A DNA stretch of 64,000 nucleotides from Podarcis pityusensis (taxonomy: Eukaryota): NCBI GenBank assembly GCA_964106645.2, contig OZ067039.1. One strand, 5' to 3'. The notes beneath the pieces were generated by a model. The model was not told the DNA's origin, made no database searches, and worked only from the letters and a program-made list of their open reading frames with translations. This document shows positions 60,758-64,000 of this stretch, piece after piece (the stretch's first letter is position 1; every line of letters starts with the position of its first letter). Both the position numbers and the translations under genes were made by a program.

Positions 60758-60892
60758 TCAGCCGCTGAGCGGGTGCAGATCTACCTTGACCTTCTCTCCA
60801 CTGCTCAGCATCCCAATAGTGGGATAAAAGCCCCCAGACGGCACCACAGCATCTTTCTTGCCAATAATCTTCCCATTGCGTGTGAAGAACAC
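60758..60892 (-). CDS. SPRYD3: SPRYD3 last coding exon, VFFTRNGKIIGKKDAVVPSGGFYPTIGMLSSGEKVKVDLHPLSG*
   Basis: Minus-strand pyrimidine tract and cag acceptor at 60893-60895; SPRY-domain FFTRNG and YPTIG motifs; C-terminus and tail-to-tail position with TNS2 match SPRYD3. This frame is not in the ORF track. Confidence 0.9.
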   Translation of the reverse strand: MFFTRNGKIIGKKDAVVPSGGFYPTIGMLSSGEKVKVDLHPLSG

Positions 60893-61747
60893 CTGGGAGG
60901 GAAAGGGGGTGGGAAGAGAGAGAAAAGAAACACAAGACTTCAGATTATATCAGTGCAGTTTAGCTCTGCAGTTGATTCTCCTTCTGCAGAACCAGGCTCT
61001 GGATGAAATTTCCAAAAGGCAGATTGATTTGTTATGTGCTTAAGAACAATGCACAAAATTAGATCAGCTTCTACAAACTCAGTTGACTAAAAAAGTCAAT
61101 ATAAAAATCTGCTTTAAAAATAATAATAATTAAAGACTATAGGTGACAACCTAAGACAGTCAACTAAAGTCTCTTATCCAGCTCTATTCAAGCTTCCAGA
61201 CAGTCAGAGCAAAAGCAAAGGCCAGTGTCCCGCCCAAATCTACTAATAGCTATTTGTAATCCAGGGTTTCCCATAAGGCAAGGAACCAGTTCTTAGCAAG
61301 TACAAGCCCAGCTTGTGCATAAAGGAATCTCTGAGACAAAATGCATGAACAGCTACCTTAACCTGATATGTATCTTGCTCGACTGCACCACTTCAGGCTG
61401 CAGGTGGGAAGATTAAGCATTTGAATGTTCAGTTTTAGAAAGGTCTCCTTCCACATACACAGCTAGAGGAAATGTGCTACTAACTCAAGCATTAGCTGAT
61501 TTGCTAGATTTGTATGTGGTCAGACTTCTGTTCCCCCTGTCCAAAAAAATCAGGGAACATCCAGAAACTGACACCCCATCCTCAGTCTGAAGTAATACAA
61601 TCTATAAAGATATATTATCACATGGCATTGCTTATTACCTAATTCACTTGCTCTAGACACTGACAAACCAACATTACCAGCAGTGCATGTCAGCCACCAG
61701 GGGAACCTTAAACACAATGAGAAAACTAGCATAAACCAGACCAAGTG

Positions 61748-64000
61748 ATAATAATAATAATAATAAATTTTATTTATATCCCGCCCTCCCCAGCCGAAGC
61801 CGGGCTCAGGGCGGCTAACAACAATAAAACAGTACAAAAGTACAGCATAAACAACAGTCTAAAATCATTCGTTATAAAATTAATTAATTCAAGCCACTGG
61901 CAACTATTGGGCCAGAGCTCCGCGAAGATTGCCGAGGGAGGGGGTCAGGCTGTGCCCTGGCCAAAGGCCTGGTGGAACAGCTCTGTCTTGCAGGCCCTGC
62001 GGAAAGATGTCAAGTCCCGCAGGGCCCTGGTCTCTTGTGACAGAGTGTTCCACCAGATCGGAGCCACAGCCGAAAAAGCCCTGGCTCTAGTTGAGGCCAG
62101 CCTAACTTCTCTGTGGCCTGGGACCTTCAAGATGTTTTTATTCGAAGACCGTAAGTTTCTCTGTGGGGCATACCAGGAGAGGCGGTCCCGTAGGTACGAG
62201 GGTCCTAGGCCGTATAGGGCTTTAAAGGTTAAAACCAGCACCTTAAACCTGATCCTGTACTCCACCGGGAGCCAGTGCAGCTGGTATAGCACCGGATGAA
62301 TGTGGTCTCGCAGCGAAGACCCCGTAAGGAGTCTCGCTGCAGCATTCTGCACCCGCTGGAGTTTCTGGGTCAGTCTCAAGGGCAGCCCCACGTAGAGCGA
62401 GTTACAATAATCCAGTCTGGAGGTGACCGTCGCATGGATCACAGTGGCTAGGTCAGGGCGAGAGAGGTAAGGAGCCAACTGCTTAGCTTGGCGGAGATGG
62501 AAAAATGCCGCCTTTGTTATAGCTGCAATCTGCGCCTCCATGGAAAGGGAGGTGTCGAAGATTACACCCAAACTCTTAACGGACGGTGCTGGCACTAATT
62601 GCGCCCCCGCAAGAGATGGGAGTTGTCCCCCCAATCCCATATCACCCCGTCCCAGCCACAGGACCTCTGTCTTCGAAGGATTTAGCTTCAACCGGCTCCC
62701 ACGTAACCATCCAGCCACAGCTTCCAAACATCTGGTCAATGTGTCTGGGGCCGAGTCAGGATGGCCATCCATCAACAGATAGAGTTGGGTGTCATCGGCA
62801 TACTGATGGCAACCCAGCCCAAAACTCCGAACAAGCTGGGCGAGGGGGCGCATAAAGATGTTGAAAAGCATCGGGGAGAGTATCGCACCCTGAGGTACTC
62901 CACACACCAAGGAGTGGCGCGATGACAATTCCCCTCCAAGCGCCACCCTCTGTCCCCGACCAGAGAGAAACGAGCGCAGCCATTGAAGGACTGTGCCCTG
63001 GATCCCCACGTCGGCAAGGCGGTGGTCCAGAAGTTCATGATCGACCATGTCGAAAGCTGCTGACAGATCTAGAAGAATCAGCAGCCCCGACCCGCCTCGA
63101 TCCAGCTGTCTACGAAGATCATCTGTTAGGGCAACCAGAGCCGTCTCGGTCCCATGACCAGCGCGGAAGCCGGACTGGAATGGATCCAGAGCCGATGTTT
63201 CATCCAGAAACCCACCAAGCTGTTCAGCAACCGCTCTCTCAATCACCTTACCCAGGAACGGAAGATTCGAAACCGGGCGGTAATTGGATAGATCTAAAGG
63301 ATCTAATGATGTTTTCTTTAAGAGCGGGCGCACCACTGCCTCCTTCAGTTCCCCTGGGAATGTCCCCGTGCCTAGGGACAAATTGATGATATCCCCCAGG
63401 AGGGCCCGCACCTCGTCTGGACATGCTCTAATCAGCCAAGACGGGCACGGGTCGAGAGGACAGGTGGTGGGCTTTCCAGCTCGGAGGAGTCTGTCCACAT
63501 CGGCTGGGGATATCCGGTCGAAGTGGTCCAATACTGGACCCGAGGACAGTCGAGGGGCCTCCAGTTCCTTTATTGTATTCAAATTGGCCGGGAGGTCATG
63601 GCGGAGCAACAAGACTTTCTCCGCAAAAAAGCTCGCAAATGCCTCACAGCTGTGTGTCAAATTGTTATTTAAATTTGGCTGTCCCTCAAGGGACGTTAAA
63701 GACCTGATTATACTAAATAATTGCGCTGGGCGAGAGCTAGCGGATGCAATGGAGGCCGAAAAGTATGACTTCTTAGCAGCCTTCACTGCCATCTCGTAGG
63801 TTTTCATAAAAGCCCTATAAGATGTTCTTGAGGCTCCGTCACGGGCACCCCGCCATACTCGCTCTAGCCGTCTGAGGTCCCGCTTCATTTTCCGGAGCTC
63901 CTCGGTAAACCAGGGAGCCCGGTTTCTGCGGGGTCGCAGAGGGCGCTTAGGTGCGATCTCATCAATGGCTGCCAGGAGCTGGGTATTCCAGCCCTCAACA
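61748..64000 (-). mobile_element. L2-clade LINE, young, runs off the window end; in the last SPRYD3 intron
   Basis: RT ORF, 3' stem-loop (gccgccctgagcccggcttcggctggggagggcggg on -) and (TTA)n tail; CpG-rich. Confidence 0.92.
61945..63999 (-). CDS. L2 LINE ORF2 reverse transcriptase, 5'-partial, at least 684 codons with no stop
   Basis: Motifs QSGFR, TETAL, LLDLSAAFD, GVPQGAILSP, YADDTQLY and RLDYCNSL. The frame stays open upstream of the ATG (VEGWNTQLLAAIDEIAP...APWFTEELRK) to the window edge. Confidence 0.92.
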   Translation of the reverse strand, partial: VEGWNTQLLAAIDEIAPKRPLRPRRNRAPWFTEELRKMKRDLRRLERVWRGARDGASRTSYRAFMKTYEMAVKAAKKSYFSASIASASSRPAQLFSIIRSLTSLEGQPNLNNNLTHSCEAFASFFAEKVLLLRHDLPANLNTIKELEAPRLSSGPVLDHFDRISPADVDRLLRAGKPTTCPLDPCPSWLIRACPDEVRALLGDIINLSLGTGTFPGELKEAVVRPLLKKTSLDPLDLSNYRPVSNLPFLGKVIERAVAEQLGGFLDETSALDPFQSGFRAGHGTETALVALTDDLRRQLDRGGSGLLILLDLSAAFDMVDHELLDHRLADVGIQGTVLQWLRSFLSGRGQRVALGGELSSRHSLVCGVPQGAILSPMLFNIFMRPLAQLVRSFGLGCHQYADDTQLYLLMDGHPDSAPDTLTRCLEAVAGWLRGSRLKLNPSKTEVLWLGRGDMGLGGQLPSLAGAQLVPAPSVKSLGVIFDTSLSMEAQIAAITKAAFFHLRQAKQLAPYLSRPDLATVIHATVTSRLDYCNSLYVGLPLRLTQKLQRVQNAAARLLTGSSLRDHIHPVLYQLHWLPVEYRIRFKVLVLTFKALYGLGPSYLRDRLSWYAPQRNLRSSNKNILKVPGHREVRLASTRARAFSAVAPIWWNTLSQETRALRDLTSFRRACKTELFHQAFGQGTA

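Noticed and set aside
1-64000. CRISPR arrays, operons or prokaryotic defence systems
   Set aside because: Eukaryotic intron-exon DNA; the repeats are microsatellites and transposons, with no repeat-spacer array.

Overview
Vertebrate genomic DNA, almost certainly from a squamate and probably a lacertid lizard, judged from a Podarcis-type Sauria SINE and squamate-type L2, CR1 and MITE families. Most of the window is the tensin-2 gene (TNS2/TENC1) on the + strand. I traced 26 coding exons from 15848 to the TGA at 53227. All have GT-AG boundaries and consistent phases, giving 4395 nt (1464 aa) that cover the end of C1, the PTEN-like PTP and C2 domains, a Pro/Ser-rich linker, SH2 and PTB. The first exons, encoding most of the C1 domain, were not found and probably lie upstream of the window. 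The last coding exon of SPRYD3 is on the - strand (60758-60892), tail-to-tail with TNS2 as in mammals. The last SPRYD3 intron carries a young L2 LINE whose RT ORF is open to the window edge. Introns are dense in MITEs, SINEs, LINE fragments and microsatellites. I see no convincing new gene system. The best candidates are RNA-level features: a perfect 28-nt complementary box pair flanking a frame-shifting TNS2 exon, a possible 4-nt microexon or alternative donor upstream of an internal ATG, an in-phase alternative first coding exon, a transposon-donated 3' splice site, and a duplicated 3'UTR segment with a micro-inversion. Repeat family names come from recognition, not a database search, and repeat boundaries are approximate.
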